Below are positions 24,085 through 36,734 of a stretch of 64,000 nt of DNA, piece by piece (positions within the stretch are counted from its first letter, which is position 1; each line of letters begins with the position of its first letter). Position numbers and translations under genes: made by a program. Under the pieces are notes generated by a model. That model worked only from the letters and a program-made list of their open reading frames with translations, did not search any database and had not been told where the DNA came from. The DNA is from Octopus bimaculoides (taxonomy: Eukaryota), in contig NC_068986.1 in NCBI RefSeq assembly GCF_001194135.2, positions 38,291,612 to 38,355,611 of the forward strand. Direction: 5' to 3'.

Positions 24085-24470
24085 GTCTGGCAATGTGACT
24101 GTGTAGTGAGAAGTTTGCTTCTCAACCACATAGTCTTGGGTTCTAGTCCCACAGCATAACACCTTGGGCAAGTCTCTCCTACTATAGCCTCAGGTGGACC
24201 AAAGCCTTGTGAGGGGATTTGGTAGACACAAACTGAAAAAAGCTTGTTGTATATATGTATGTGTGTGTTTTGTCCCCCACCACTGCTTGACAACCAGTGT
24301 TGGTGTGTTTACATCCCATAACTTAGCCGTTCGGCAAAAGAGGCCAATAAAATAAGTACCAGGCTTTAAAAAGAAAAAGGTACTAGGGTAAATTTGTTCA
24401 ACTAAAATTCTTCAAGGCAGTGCCCCAGCTTGGCTGCAATTTGATGACCGAAGCAAGTAAAAGATAAAAC
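24085..24470 (+). mobile_element. tRNA/CORE SINE type A
   Basis: Same architecture as 21887; starts about 135 bp after the PH exon donor. Confidence 0.8.
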
Positions 24471-24949
24471 TCTAATTTTAAGATTTATTTTTAATAATTG
24501 TCTCATGTGCATTAGAAGATGTCCAAATAATGCTTATCATAATTTTATTCATTTTCCTGATTATTTTAATTGTCATAATTATTACTCAGTGCTTCATTTT
24601 CTTTTCAAATCTTCACAGCTTATTCTTTCCATAAATTCTACTTGTAATTAGCAGACCATTATTGATAATTGCTGAGGAAAAGTAATTGCAGTGCTCTGCA
24701 GTCCACTTTTTGTCTATGCTGTGGCCACTACTGGAATCTAGAGGCACAGTGGAGAGAATACATTTTCAGACTGTTACGCTGCATCCCATATGGTTCATAA
24801 TTGCTATTCAGAGTGTGCAGTTATAATTCTTAGTAAAGACAAAGGCATAGTATATCTTGAACAACAAGTTTGTAGGTTGTACTTTGTCATTCAGCTGATT
24901 ATTTATGTGCCATAAGTCTACTTCATCATAGCTGACCTGGAGTTACACA

Positions 24950-25930
24950 ACAACTACTAAAGTATCGTTTAAAGCAACCAAATGCCTTTTACATTCTCTT
25001 ATCTTGTTCAGATGAGAGGCCTAATTATCCTTGCACACAGCAACAGATTTCTCTTCTACCCAGTTTTTCTTTCAGTTCGTCTGTTCTCCATTGTTCATGC
25101 AAAATGACATCTGGTGGTGCATGCTCACTTCTTGTCTTTCCAGCCTTCACACATCTGTACATTTAGTTCTCATGTTTCACTGCCATACTCTATCACACTT
25201 TGTATGTAAGCATCATACAGTATGCATTTCACTCAGAGTCCTTTCATTTCCAGCAGCAATAACAGATTCCTGAACTTTTCACATCCCATTCTTACTCTGG
25301 CTACTATACTTTCAGAACACTGACCTTTACTTCTGATTAGGTCACTTGGCTAACTCTATCTTTCAGCTACTTTTATAGGGAACCTTCTTGACTTCTCTGA
25401 CAACTCAGTTCATGGGTGATCTTACTGTTAGCTACCTCTTTGTATCTGTTACATACAAAATCCTTTTCTTCCCACATGGCAAGGAGCTTGGCATAGTCTT
25501 TTGACTTGCCAGCTTCTGTTAAATCGTCTCCATGCCAACATGGAAAATGGAAATTAAGAGATGATGTGGCAGTAAAGATTTTATTTGATTCTACTTGATT
25601 TGTTGCTTTGTTTCCATGGCTGAAACTTTTCTTCTAATTACCTTCTACATTTACCAGCCTCTGGTTGGAAAAATAAATGGTAATTTGACTGTGAGGACTT
25701 GGTTGTTGGTATACAAAGGTTCCTCTGAACAGCCAGTCTTGAACACCTCTTATAACCTGGAGAACTATAATAAACAGGAGGAGTGAAGCCAAAATATGAA
25801 CCTTGTGGGACATAGACCTGTATGTTAAATTCCTTGTGGTAGCTGTCACTTTAACAGTCCCATTGTACTTGGCTTACACAACTCTCATGAGTCGTTCATT
25901 TACACACTGACCTTTTAGTGACCACTGCTG
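24950..25930 (-). mobile_element. Degraded RTE LINE ORF2 fragment
   Basis: Minus-strand peptides LLFIIVLQVI (RT, cf. LSPLLFIIV) and ESIVARVRMGCEKFRNLLLLL...YGSET; many stops and frameshifts. Confidence 0.65.
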
Positions 25931-25958
25931 TATAAAGTCAAAAGCTTTCTCCACTTCA

Positions 25959-26290
25959 CCATCATCATCATTACTCTTTAATGTCTATTTTCCATACTGG
26001 CATGAGTCGGATGGTTTAATAGAAGCTGGTGAGCTGCACCGGGCTCCAAATGTCTCTTTTGGCTTGGTTTCTATGGCTGGATGCACTTCCTAACATCAAC
26101 TACTTACCAGAGTGTACTGGGTGCTTTTTACATGACACTAGTACGGATACATTTTATGTGGCACCAGCACAGATGCTTTTTAAGTGGAACTAGCATGGAT
26201 GCCTTTTATGTGGCTCCAGTGCATGTGTTTTTGATGTGGCACCAGCACGGGTGGCTTTTACATGGTACCAGCACCAGTGGGGTTGCCAAG
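25959..26290 (-). mobile_element. RTE 3'UTR copy with about 5 degenerate tandem modules
   Basis: (ATC)n left end; repeated tttatgtggcaccagcac units. Confidence 0.7.
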
Positions 26291-26475
26291 TAACTTACAG
26301 AACACTCTTAGGTGAGTGAGGGAGTGGAACCAAGGGAAGTGGTTGTGTGCCAGGTGAGAGGTTAGAGTGTGATAGAGAGACAGGGATAGTTTCTTACTAT
26401 AAAGGAGATACTTGACTCCAGTAGGGCAAGGATGGAGAAGGAAAGTGGGAGAGTGTTAGAAAGATAGAGAGACTC

Positions 26476-26510
<35 letters not shown>

Positions 26511-27440
26511 AAGAAATAGATGGTGTTGGAGATGTACCCACAGGGAACAGTGGAGGGTGGTATAAGTAGTACATAGGGGATAGAGGGGAATGTTCCATTA
26601 GAGTGTAAGGGGATATATTTAGAGATGGGAGAAGACCAACAAAAATTAGATGTAGTTGCTTGCTTTTAGTTAAGAACTTCTTTTGAAGTAGTCATGCTAA
26701 GAAGAGGACATTAGTGATTCCCTATCCTGGCACTAACCCAAACAGCATCTCATCCGAGCTAATTATTTTCCTAATTAGCTAAGATTGTGTGTGTGTATGA
26801 AATATATACTATATTTACACCTGTTTTTCCAGGCCACTTTTTTCTGTCTATAGGGGTACGTTATCCAATATTCTAAAGCTGTTTTCGCGATTGTTCTCCT
26901 GTATTTGAGATTTTCTGAATTTCTAAAGATAAGCACACACACACACACACACACACNNNNNNNNNNNNNNNNNNNNNNNNNNNNNNNNNNNNNNNNNNNN
27001 NNNNNNNNNNNNNNNNNNNNNNNNNNNNNNNNNNNNNNNNNNNNNNNNNNNNNNNNNNNNNNNNNNNNNNNNNNNNNNNNNNNNNNNNNNNNNNNNNNNN
27101 NNNNNNNNNNNNNNNNNNNNNNNNNNNNNNNNNNNNNNNNNNNNNNNNNNNNNNNNNNNNNNNNNNNNNNNNNNNNNNNNNNNNNNNNNNNNNNNNNNNN
27201 NNNNNNNNNNNNNNNNNNNNNNNNNNNNNNNNNNNNNNNNNNNNNNNNNNNNNNNNNNNNNNNNNNNNNNNNNNNNNNNNNNNNNNNNNNNNNNNNNNNN
27301 NNNNNNNNNNNNNNNNNNNNNNNNNNNNNNNNNNNNNNNNNNNNNNNNNNNNNNNNNNNNNNNNNNNNNNNNNNNNNNNNNNNNNNTATATATATATATA
27401 TGTATACATACTTTATTAATAAAGCTGCAAAGACATCACA

Positions 27441-27584
27441 AAAACTGTTACTCTGAGTTTCACATTCCTGTTCATTGGACAGTTTTGGGCTGAGAATCTC
27501 AGCTAAAACTATCCAACAAACAGGAACGTGTCTCAACCAAAACTATCTGACGAATGGGAATGTGAAACTCTGAGTAACAGTTTT
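27441..27584. ncRNA. Inverted pair of type I hammerhead ribozyme motifs (likely Penelope-like element remnant)
   Basis: + strand 27539-27584: AAAACTAT-CTGACGA-ATG GGAA TGT-GAAA-CTCTGA-GTA-ACAGTTTT. - strand 27486-27441: AAAACTGT-CCAATGA-ACA GGAA TGT-GAAA-CTCAGA-GTA-ACAGTTTT. Confidence 0.65.
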
Positions 27585-27677
27585 TGTGATACTCTGCCAC
27601 TGGCTTTTGAGCACTATTTTTTCCACCTTGTTTCACATTTATGTGCTTACTCTGGTATATATATATATATATATATT

Positions 27678-27848
27678 CAAGAGTTATGGTATGAAGTAGA
27701 TAAGATCTGGGCTACATACCGCAGGCTACTCTTCAAGCCAAGAGTAGCCTGTGGTATACACCTCACCTGGATATGTACCGCTTCTGAGGTTCACTTGCTA
27801 TGAAACGTATGTAGCTTGTTTCTTATCTACCCCATTCCATAACTCTTG
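27678..27848. mobile_element. Palindromic element with ~40-bp TIRs and an internal hairpin
   Basis: caagagttatgg..gctacatac / gtatgtagc..ccataactcttg; inner 18-bp stem 27716-33 / 27740-57. Confidence 0.65.
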
Positions 27849-28055
27849 TATTCTTATCCACACACTCTGTAAGCCTAGTCACCTACTATGAAATATAAAA
27901 GAACTTTTCTCAGCTTATCGAATTTCGATATGAAATAAATCCACAACCATCTGACTCAGTAAGCCACTATTGTCCCTGAAAGTTGTTTTCTTTAATACTT
28001 ACTACAGATTGCTTGAAGCTAACTTCTCACACCTCAATCCCTGGATCTTACACTT

Positions 28056-28058
<3 letters not shown>

Positions 28059-28124
<66 letters not shown>
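28059..28124. repeat. (CT)n microsatellite
   Basis: Directly visible. Confidence 0.95.
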
Positions 28125-28129
<5 letters not shown>

Positions 28130-28734
28130 TGTTAAATGAGGCAACAAAGCCAAAGTGGTGTGAAATTTTTAGGACATTTATAAAGAGAAAGGTAGTCTTA
28201 GAGCTGTTTCAGGGATATCGAAGATATCCCAACATCAGAGATGATATGAGAGAGCTAAATAGGAAGAAATAGTAGGGTTCAGTATAAGAAGTTATTTTGG
28301 AAAGGGATAGATATAGGAAGTATAAAGAGAATTATGAGAATAAAAATAAAATTATATATGTTGGATGTTACAGTTGATAATATACTATTGAACCGGGAGT
28401 CTAACAGCAATCCTTCTATAGCTCTTACATAACCTTACCTGCCTTCTGTGTCTTCTGGATACCAAAACCCCTCATATTATATATATATACATGTATTACA
28501 GCCAACTTTATATACTCTTCTAGTCACTGAATATACTTAAAATATACATCTAATATCATGCACATACAAGTGTGTGTGTGTAGATATACACTTCTGTGCA
28601 CATTTGAACTATTTTGATCCCTATCACTGGTTCCAGCCACATGGCTGTGCTAGTTTTTTTCTCCTGTATCAATAAATTTTGCTTCATATGTCATCTGAGA
28701 ACTGCTTTATATTAAGTTTTTCTGCAATAATTAC

Positions 28735-30120
28735 ATCATCATCATTTAATGTCCAGTTTGGATGTCATCGTTATTTAACATCCATTGGACACTTTGACAA
28801 GAACTGGCCAACTGGAGAGCTGCTCAGGTTCCATGTCTGTTTTTGCGTGGTTTGTACAGCTGGATGCCCTTCTTAATACCAACCACTTTATAGAGTGTAT
28901 TAGATGCTTTTATGCAGCACTGGCACAGGTGCGTTTACATGGCACTAATACAGGTGCTTTTTATGTGGCACCAGCACCCACAAGCCCGCAAGATTAGGAA
29001 TGCTCAGCTGGAGAGGGATGCAAGGGACAAGCCTGTATGCAAGGACAACCATTCTTTTACTTAGTTTGGCATGTTTTCTCAAGCACAGCAAACCACCTGG
29101 AGTCTCAGTCCCCTGTCATCCCCTCTGTGAGTCCCAATGTCTGTAGATCCTTTCTCACCACTCATCCCACGTCTTCCTGGGTCCACCCCTTCCACATGTT
29201 CCTTCTACAATTAGAGATCAGCACCTCTTGATGCAACTCTCTTCATTCATATGCATTACATGGTCATTCCAGTACAGTCTTCTCTCTTGCATTCTACATC
29301 TGGTGTCTTGTATACCCAGTTTTTCTCTCAAGTCACACTTTGTTGTATATGCATACTGACATTTACCCATTCATGTCAGCACACTGACTTCATTTCTTTC
29401 AAGCCTTCACATATCCTCAGTAGCCACAGCCCATGTCCCACTCCCATATAGCATAAATGTTCATACACAGGCATTGTACAATGTCTTTCACTCTGAGAGA
29501 GAGAGGCCTTTCATTACTAACAAAGATACTAGCTCTCTGAACTTCACCCAGCCTATTCTTACTCTAGCAGCTGTGCTTTCGGAGCAACCACCCCTTTTTC
29601 CTCAATTGGTCACCTAAGAGATAGAAACTGTCTACTACTTCTAAGAACCCACCTCCCGCAACATTTGATGGGGTCTATTTTTTTGTTCATTCCTGGTGTT
29701 TAATCTACCTGCACATCTGCTGCACCTCTTATGTGTCCATAGCTTGCACTGAGTGCACCATATGGAGTTTCTCCTGACCCCTTTTCTATATATCAAGGAA
29801 AGACTTTGGTCTGCTAAATTTTCTCTAAGGCCCTTTGATTCCAGACTTTGCTTCCATCCCTGTAATTTCTTCCCTGGTTCTGTTAGTGATTCAGCAATTA
29901 GAGCTCTCAAGGGTAACCAGTCTTAAATTCCTCAGTTATAGTTTGGAGGGCTATAAGCTGATCCCTGGTGGACTCCTACTTGAACACTAAAGTCCTTCAT
30001 TGGTGACTCTCATCTTACTGACAGCATCCCTGTGCATGGCTTGTACAGCTCTCATCAGCCACTCATCTATCCCTAGCTTCTACACTGCCCTCCAGATAAA
30101 GGAGCAGGGAACCCTATTTT
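28735..30120 (-). mobile_element. 5'-truncated RTE LINE, from RT region to (GAT)n tail
   Basis: Minus-strand ALIAESL..QGWKQSLESKGLR.NLA..RKGVRRNSIWCTQCKLWTHKRCS; GPRKTWDE near 29170; continuous into the common 3'UTR repeat at 28735-28990. Confidence 0.8.
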
Positions 30121-30248
30121 ATCAGTTATATGACTGTCTATGCTTTGAATTTTGAATTTAACTTAAACAATTATGTAAACAGCTATCAGTTACTCACAAA
30201 AATGAACATTTTTTGTTAAGAAATGTTTATGTATTTTAACTTTAACAG

Positions 30249-30371
30249 AGTAGCCATTGGATTGGGACAATCTTATTAAATACTTGCCGCTTAATTGAAA
30301 GACCCTCAAAGAAAGATGGATTTTGCTTCAAACTGTTCCACCCATTGGATCAGTCAATATGGGCCACAAAG
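30249..30371 (+). CDS. OSBPL8: PH domain exon (SSHWIGTILLNTCRLIERPSKKDGFCFKLFHPLDQSIWATK)
   Basis: IERPSKKDGFCFKLFHPL.QSIWA is ORP5/8-specific; aacAG acceptor, AAG|GTATTT donor. Too short for the ORF track. Confidence 0.97.
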
Positions 30372-31004
30372 GTATTTATTTTTAAATATTTAAATATTAT
30401 TTTTATTTGGAATTTCTTTTATTTTTATTTTTATTATTTTTCTTTTATTATTTCTTTTATTGTCCTACTTTTCTTCGCAAAGTATAATTTTTAATAAAAA
30501 TTACAACTGTATTTTTGTGCAAACAAAAAATCAGCACTTGTTATACAAGCACCAGGAGTTCAAATCCTGCAGCTGCCATTGCATTGCACCTTTAAATAAG
30601 GCTGTTACTGTTAGTTGGAATGGCATTCCATTTCTGTCTTTTTTTGTGACCACATTTATAGCAACACTGCCTATGTGTTTTAATTAATTATAAAAATAAT
30701 TTAAAATTTGGAGGGATTTAGTAACATAAGTATTTTTACACTATCAAATTGGTGTCTAAGGTGGTTAACTGATAGAAATGTAAGTGTTGGAAAAACGCCA
30801 TGTAGTAATTTCTTTCAGCTATACATTGTGAGTTAAAATCTCGCCATGGTCAACTTGGCTATTTACTTTTTTGAGGTTGACAAAATAAAGTACCAGTGAA
30901 GTACTGGGGTACAGGCAGGCAACAACAGTATCAATGAATCCCTTTCTCTCAAAATTGCTGGCCTTGTACTTAAATTAGAAGTCATTGTTGAATTGGGAGT
31001 TGAG

Positions 31005-31205
31005 GTGGTGAATTGGCAGAAGTGTTAGCATATCAGGCAAAATGCTTAGTCGTATTTCGCTTGTCTTTAGCTTCTGAATTCAAATTTCACTGAGGTAAAC
31101 TTTCAGGGTCAATAAATTAAGTACCAGTCAAATATTGGGGTCATTGTGATCAACTTAACCCTGCCTCATTTCAGGCCTTGTTCCTATAGTGGAAAAGATT
31201 ATTAA
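31005..31205 (+). mobile_element. SINE type C (a second degenerate copy precedes it at 30770-30990)
   Basis: ggtgaattggcagaagtgttagca..ttcaaatttcactgaggt..aaattaagtaccag. Confidence 0.75.
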
Positions 31206-32023
31206 ATGGGGAGTTTAAAACATGACTTAAAAAAAGATTCTTACACAAAATTAGGATAGAAAAAAATATGATAATTTAAATAGTAAAAATTTAAAACTAA
31301 AGAGATTCGCATCATAAAAACAGAAATAATTTCTGGGAAGTTGGCATCAAATAAGTTCACTTGAAGTTGAATTTTATCTACGAGTCTTGTAAGACTTGTA
31401 GAAAATGACATTTCGTTTCTACCCCAGACTACTTTGTATTTAGCTCTCTGGAAGGAGTTTATAATTTTTCGCTCCATTAAGATAAGCTAGTTTCTAGCAC
31501 TTATGGCCCTTTAATTTATGAATTTTGACAAATCCTGTTCAAACTTGAAACTGTGCAAGATGTGATTAGTCTCTTTCTTGCTTTCCAGGTCGATCAATTC
31601 TTTACAGTATATTTGAAGCCTTTTTGGTAGCTTTTATCATGATCTGTCCTAGACTTACTTCTTAGTATATTCTTTCATGCTTGACCATTGAATTCATAAC
31701 TAACACAAGGCCAGTTAATCTTGTTCATGTGGTCAGTCTTATTATATCTAATAATTCTTAATCCTTCTTATTGGAGGAGGAGTTTTCCAAGACAGAGCCT
31801 TCTTATATTGCATACATTAGTTATTTCTTCCTTACATGCTACTTTATTTTCAAATTCACATAGTTGTCATTATTTTTTAAACATAGTTAAATTGACAGTG
31901 TTTACCTTACTCATCAGGTTTATCAGTACTATTAAAATAGCTCCTATTCACAAACAATGTTTTATCTTGTGAATCTATGCTGGAGAGAGTTTCATCTAAC
32001 GCTGCCTTCATTCTTTTAACCAG

Positions 32024-32108
32024 GGACCAAAAGGAGAGACAATTGGTGCCTTATTTCAGCCTCTGCCATATTCCCATCTAATATTCCGTGCTCCTTCAGA
32101 ATCAGACG
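32024..32108 (+). CDS. OSBPL8: PH domain exon (GPKGETIGALFQPLPYSHLIFRAPSESD)
   Basis: GPKGE...QPLP...RA.SESDG motif; ccAG acceptor, G|GTAAGA donor (phase 1). Confidence 0.96.
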
Positions 32109-32842
32109 GTAAGACTATAAAGAACATATTAATTTTCAAAATGAAATCTTGAATTCTTCTTATAAATCATTACTTGAAAATCCTTGCTTTTGATATGTTC
32201 CTTAATATACACTGGATTTATATTATGCAATAAAAGTGCAGGCATGCCCATGTTCACTTTCCAACCACATGGCTAAGGGTTCAATTCCACTGCACAGCCC
32301 CAGACCATCCAAAGGCCTTGTGAGTAAATTTGGTTGATAGAAACCAAAAAGAAGCTCATAGTGTGTGTGTGTTTACATTTGTAGTCACTTATATAAAAGC
32401 TGCAACATTCAAGTGATGTTGTTGGCATTTCTGTCAGTCAATTACCTGTTCATTTTGTGTCTTTGAAACTGTTGAATAAGAGACCCTTACTTGAAAAAAT
32501 GCAGGCAAGGGTTAACATCAGGAAAGCCATCTTACTGTAAAACAGTGTCGCAGTAACATATTCATTTAACCCATGCTAGCATGGGAAAATGGACATGAGA
32601 AAATGAACAAACAAATACAAATTATCTCACTTATGACAATGTCTGTTAATTATTCATTTTGCTTCATTAATGTTGCCATATTAAGCAGTTTTTCTCTTTT
32701 TCACTCAAGTGACTATTTTCCTTTTTATTTTCCTTTTTTTCAATCAAGCTTCTCACTAAAATTAATTCTATTTTGTCTCTTCTGTGAATGAAACAATTTG
32801 AACAGTTTCAATCAATCTTAAGTCTTTTAATGTTTGCTATAT

Positions 32843-33061
32843 TTAACCCTTTATCATTTAAACTGCCTATATCCAGCCCAAATATTCTACATGTTTTACA
32901 TTCAAACTGGCCATATCAAGCCTCTTACACCTATCCTGCACTGACATTCTAACAATAAATAATCACATCTTTGAAACCTCAAAGCTATATAAGATAATAC
33001 ATGATTAATTCAAAACAATTTGAATAAAAAAAGCATTACAATCTGAATGCTAAAGGGTTAA
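32843..33061. mobile_element. piggyBac-type MITE family 1
   Basis: TTAA CCCTTTATCATT...AATGCTAAAGGG TTAA. Confidence 0.85.
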
Positions 33062-34077
33062 ATAGATGGCAGTTCATAAAAAATGATACAATACCAAAAA
33101 AAAAAAAGCCTTGCAGTTAGAGCCTTTCACATTCTGAGTTCAAATCTTGCGAAGGTCAACTTTGCTTTTCATACTTCTGAAGTTAGTAACAGAAAATACT
33201 AGTCAAGTACTGGTAATCAGCTAAGAGCAATGAAATGACAATCACTAAAGCATTGAACAGAACACCTAACATATTTTTTTCTAGCTCTCTGTGCTCTGAG
33301 TTCAAATCTCATCAGATTCAATTTTATTTTTATTTCCGTTTAGTCAATAAATAGTGCACCAGTCCAGGGTTGTAATACCTGTTTCAGGTGTTTTGCATTC
33401 GAAGTTCAAACCTCACTGATATAGTAAAGGTTAATTATCTGACTATGGGGCCATAACTGATTGTGTATGCTGCACTGTTGTGGTTGTCTGTTAAAAAGAC
33501 ATCTGGCCCCTGATGATGATTGTGGGGCGGGGTGGGTGCAGTATCATCAAAAGTGCCCCTTCTTGCCTTGCACCAGAAATCAACATTTGACATTTAGCTT
33601 CCAAGAGTAATGGAGATAACTGTAATGCCAGGTTTTACCTTGTTGAAGTCTTATGCTACCTTAAAATTGTCAGCATCTGTAAGGCTGGTAATTGTTTTGA
33701 CTGGTTCTTTTATTTAGATGCTATCATATCTTGAAGGATAATATTTATTGTTAAGTCTAATTTAAAAAGAACCAGGCAGATTTCCTACTAAAAAGACTGC
33801 AGGGAAAATGTAAAAATACGACAATTACTTGTTAAAATGTAGAAATAAAATAAAAGCTACCAACACACTGATCTATATTTTCTTTTGATTTGGCAGAAGA
33901 TTTCCTTTTTTGCTAGCTAATTACAGAAGGACCAATTTAATTAGAAATGGGAATATAACCTTCATATTGCTTGCAATTAAATATTTTCATAAATCAATAA
34001 ATTAGTTTGATTAGACTGGCCACTGGCAGCTGTCCAAAACAAAAGGAATTTTCACTTGTAAGTTTTCTGAATTACTA

Positions 34078-34510
34078 TAGGCACAGATGTAACTGTGTGG
34101 TAAGAAGCTTGCTTCCCAACCACATAGTTCTGGGTTCAGTTTCATTGCGTAGCACCTTGGGCAAGTATCTTCTACTATGGCCTTAGGCTGACCAAAGCCT
34201 TGTGAATGGATTTAGTAGACAGAAATTGAAAGAAGTCCATCGTGTGTGTGTGTGTGTGTGTCTGTGTATGAGTGCCTGTGTTTNNNNNNNNNNNNNNNNN
34301 NNNNNNNNNNCCCCCCATCATCACTTGACAACCAGTGTTGGTGTGTTTACATCCTCGTAACTTAGCAATTCAGCAAAAGAGACTGGTAGAATAAGTACTA
34401 GGCTTAAAAAATATAAGTCCTGGTGTCAGTTTGTTCGACTAAAATACTTCAAGGTGGTGCTCCAGCATGGCTGCAGTCAAATGACTGAATCAAGTAATAG
34501 AATAAATAAA
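34078..34510 (+). mobile_element. tRNA/CORE SINE type A (contains gap)
   Basis: Same architecture as 21887. Confidence 0.8.
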
Positions 34511-34930
34511 AGAATATTATACTCTACACTTTTTTTAGCAGTTCTGGAATAGTTTAGAATCATCGTCAACATCATCATCATTTAATGTCCCTTTTCCCTG
34601 CTGGTTATAAGAGAGCATGATTCTGTCAGAAAGTTTCACTAGTTTTATAGTATTTTCTGTTCACTATAAACAGTAATTGTAGATAAAATAAATATCTTTT
34701 AATACCCATTGATCTGTGAGCTTTCAGAACATTTCTGTCACTATTAAAAATGTTAAAAAGAAATGAAAGATTCGTGTCTCAAAAATGACCATTACATTCC
34801 CAATATAGGTGAGAAAAATTAAATTTTTTTTCTTTCTAACTAAAGTTGTAATTTTTCTCTTTTTCATCCACCAAAAGCTACTGTGCCCTGTTAGGAAAAT
34901 ATGTAACTTTCAGCCACTAAACTATTTAAG

Positions 34931-35112
34931 ATGGTGAGTGGGCAGAATGATTAGCATGCTAGGCAAAATGCTTTGTGGCATTTTGTTCATTGATGTTGAC
35001 TTTGCCTTTCATCCTTTTGGGGTCAATAATAATAAGTACTTTGTAAGCACTCGGGTTGATGTAATTGATTTATTCCCTCCCCAAAATTGATGGCCTTGTA
35101 CCAAAATTTGAA
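34931..35112 (+). mobile_element. SINE type C
   Basis: Head, cctttcatccttttggggtcaataa body, ggccttgtaccaaaatttgaaa end. Confidence 0.8.
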
Positions 35113-35193
35113 ATCACTAAACTATTCGTTTTGTCAGTTACTAATTTCCCTAAAATGAATAACTGTAGGAAATTCTTCTCAATGAATTTAAAC

Positions 35194-35590
35194 AGGCGTA
35201 GGAGTGGCTGTGTGGTAAGTAGCTTGTTTACCAACCACATGGCTCCAGGTTCAGTCCCACTGTGTGGCACCTTGGGCAAGTGTCTTCTATTATAGCCTCG
35301 GGCCGACCAAAGCCTTGTGAGTGGATTTGGTAGATGGAAACTGAAAGAAGCCCGTCGTGTATATGTATGTGTGTGTGTATATGTTTGTGTGTCTGTGTTT
35401 CTTCCCACAACATCGCTTGACAACCGATGCTGGTGTGTTTACGTCACCGTAACTTAGCGGTTCAGCAAAAGAGACCGATAGAATAAGTACTAGGCTTACA
35501 AAGAATAAGTCCTGGGGTCGATTTGCTCAACTAAAGGCGGTGCTCCAGCATGGCCACAGTCAAATGACTGAAACAAGTAAAAGAGTAAAG
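35194..35590 (+). mobile_element. Young full-length tRNA/CORE SINE type A
   Basis: CpG-rich, least diverged copy; highly similar to 21887. Confidence 0.9.
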
Positions 35591-36349
35591 ACCAATTCTA
35601 TCATTATTTTCAAATATTCATTTTGTTATTCATTTCTCTTCTCAACANNNNNNNNNNGAGTAAAGACCAATTCTATCATTATTTTCAAATATTCATTTTG
35701 TTATTCATTTCTCTTCTCAACATATTTTAAATTGCTTAAATTAAAAAATTCAACATAATTCTGCTTTTTTCTTTTCATTAGAATTTCTGTGAACTGTCTA
35801 TAATAAAGAAATATTTACATTTTTAGATATTTTAAATATTGGCTTGTCAGTTAAATTTTTTTTTTTTTTTTTCTACTTGGCATTCCATCATCATATTTCT
35901 GAAAGGAGGTCATATTCATTCAAATTTCAAAAATGATAAACAAAAATTATAGAGGAAGAACAGAGCTACAAAGAAAAAGAAAAAAAACATAAAATTCTAC
36001 AATAAAAGTATTTTTTGTGTTAATTCAAATAACATTGTGAAGAATTAAAATAATGAGAGTGGAGGAAACAAAAACAAATTCATCTGACAATATATTTCCA
36101 TCTTTCAAATAATTTAATAGCATCTCTGGTCACTGATCCTAAACTCATTGGCAGTAGTTATACTTTAGAAACATGATTATCTTGGCTTTTGACCTCACCA
36201 TGGTCCTCTTCCCAGCATTGTGTTGTGAGTCAATGAATGACTCTTTTGCTGTCCAACCACCATGCTGCTTGCCATAGCTTCACCTGTAACTCTAGGTCGG
36301 ACAGCAGCCAGAGAGCAACCCATGTCCAACCAAGATTGCTTATTTCTAT

Positions 36350-36695
36350 ATTCACCATGCAGGTGTGGTTATGTGGTAAGAAGTTTGCTTCTCAACCAAA
36401 TGGTTCTAGGTTCAGTCTCACTGCATGTATGTGTGTGTGTGTCTTACTTGTCTTGACATCACATAATAGTTGTAAAAATGAGTGTCACTATCACACATGC
36501 AGTGTCATTCATTTCCAATATTCTGTGAGAACATGCCTGGCCCTAGGGAAATATCACCTTACTTGGAAACGGATGAGAGTTGGCAGCAGGAAAGACATCT
36601 GGCTGTAGAAAATCTGCTTCACTAAACTCTATCTGACCCATGCAAGCATGGAAACGTGGACACTAAAAGGAAGATAATAACAATGATGATGACCA
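36350..36695 (+). mobile_element. SINE type B (type A head, different body, RTE-derived tail)
   Basis: Head as type A; body ..gagtgtcac..ggaaatatcaccttacttggaaac..; tail aggaaagacatctggctgtagaaaatctgc..cccatgcaagcatgg..(GAT)n. Related copies 32230-32610, 39880-40295, 44560-44990, 58300-58560. Confidence 0.75.
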
Positions 36696-36734
36696 AAGCA
36701 ATATTATTTAACTTGAAAATAAAACATTGAATCT

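Noticed and set aside
35583-35723. 65-bp exact direct repeat
   Set aside because: The two copies sit either side of a 10-N gap; most likely an unmerged contig overlap.
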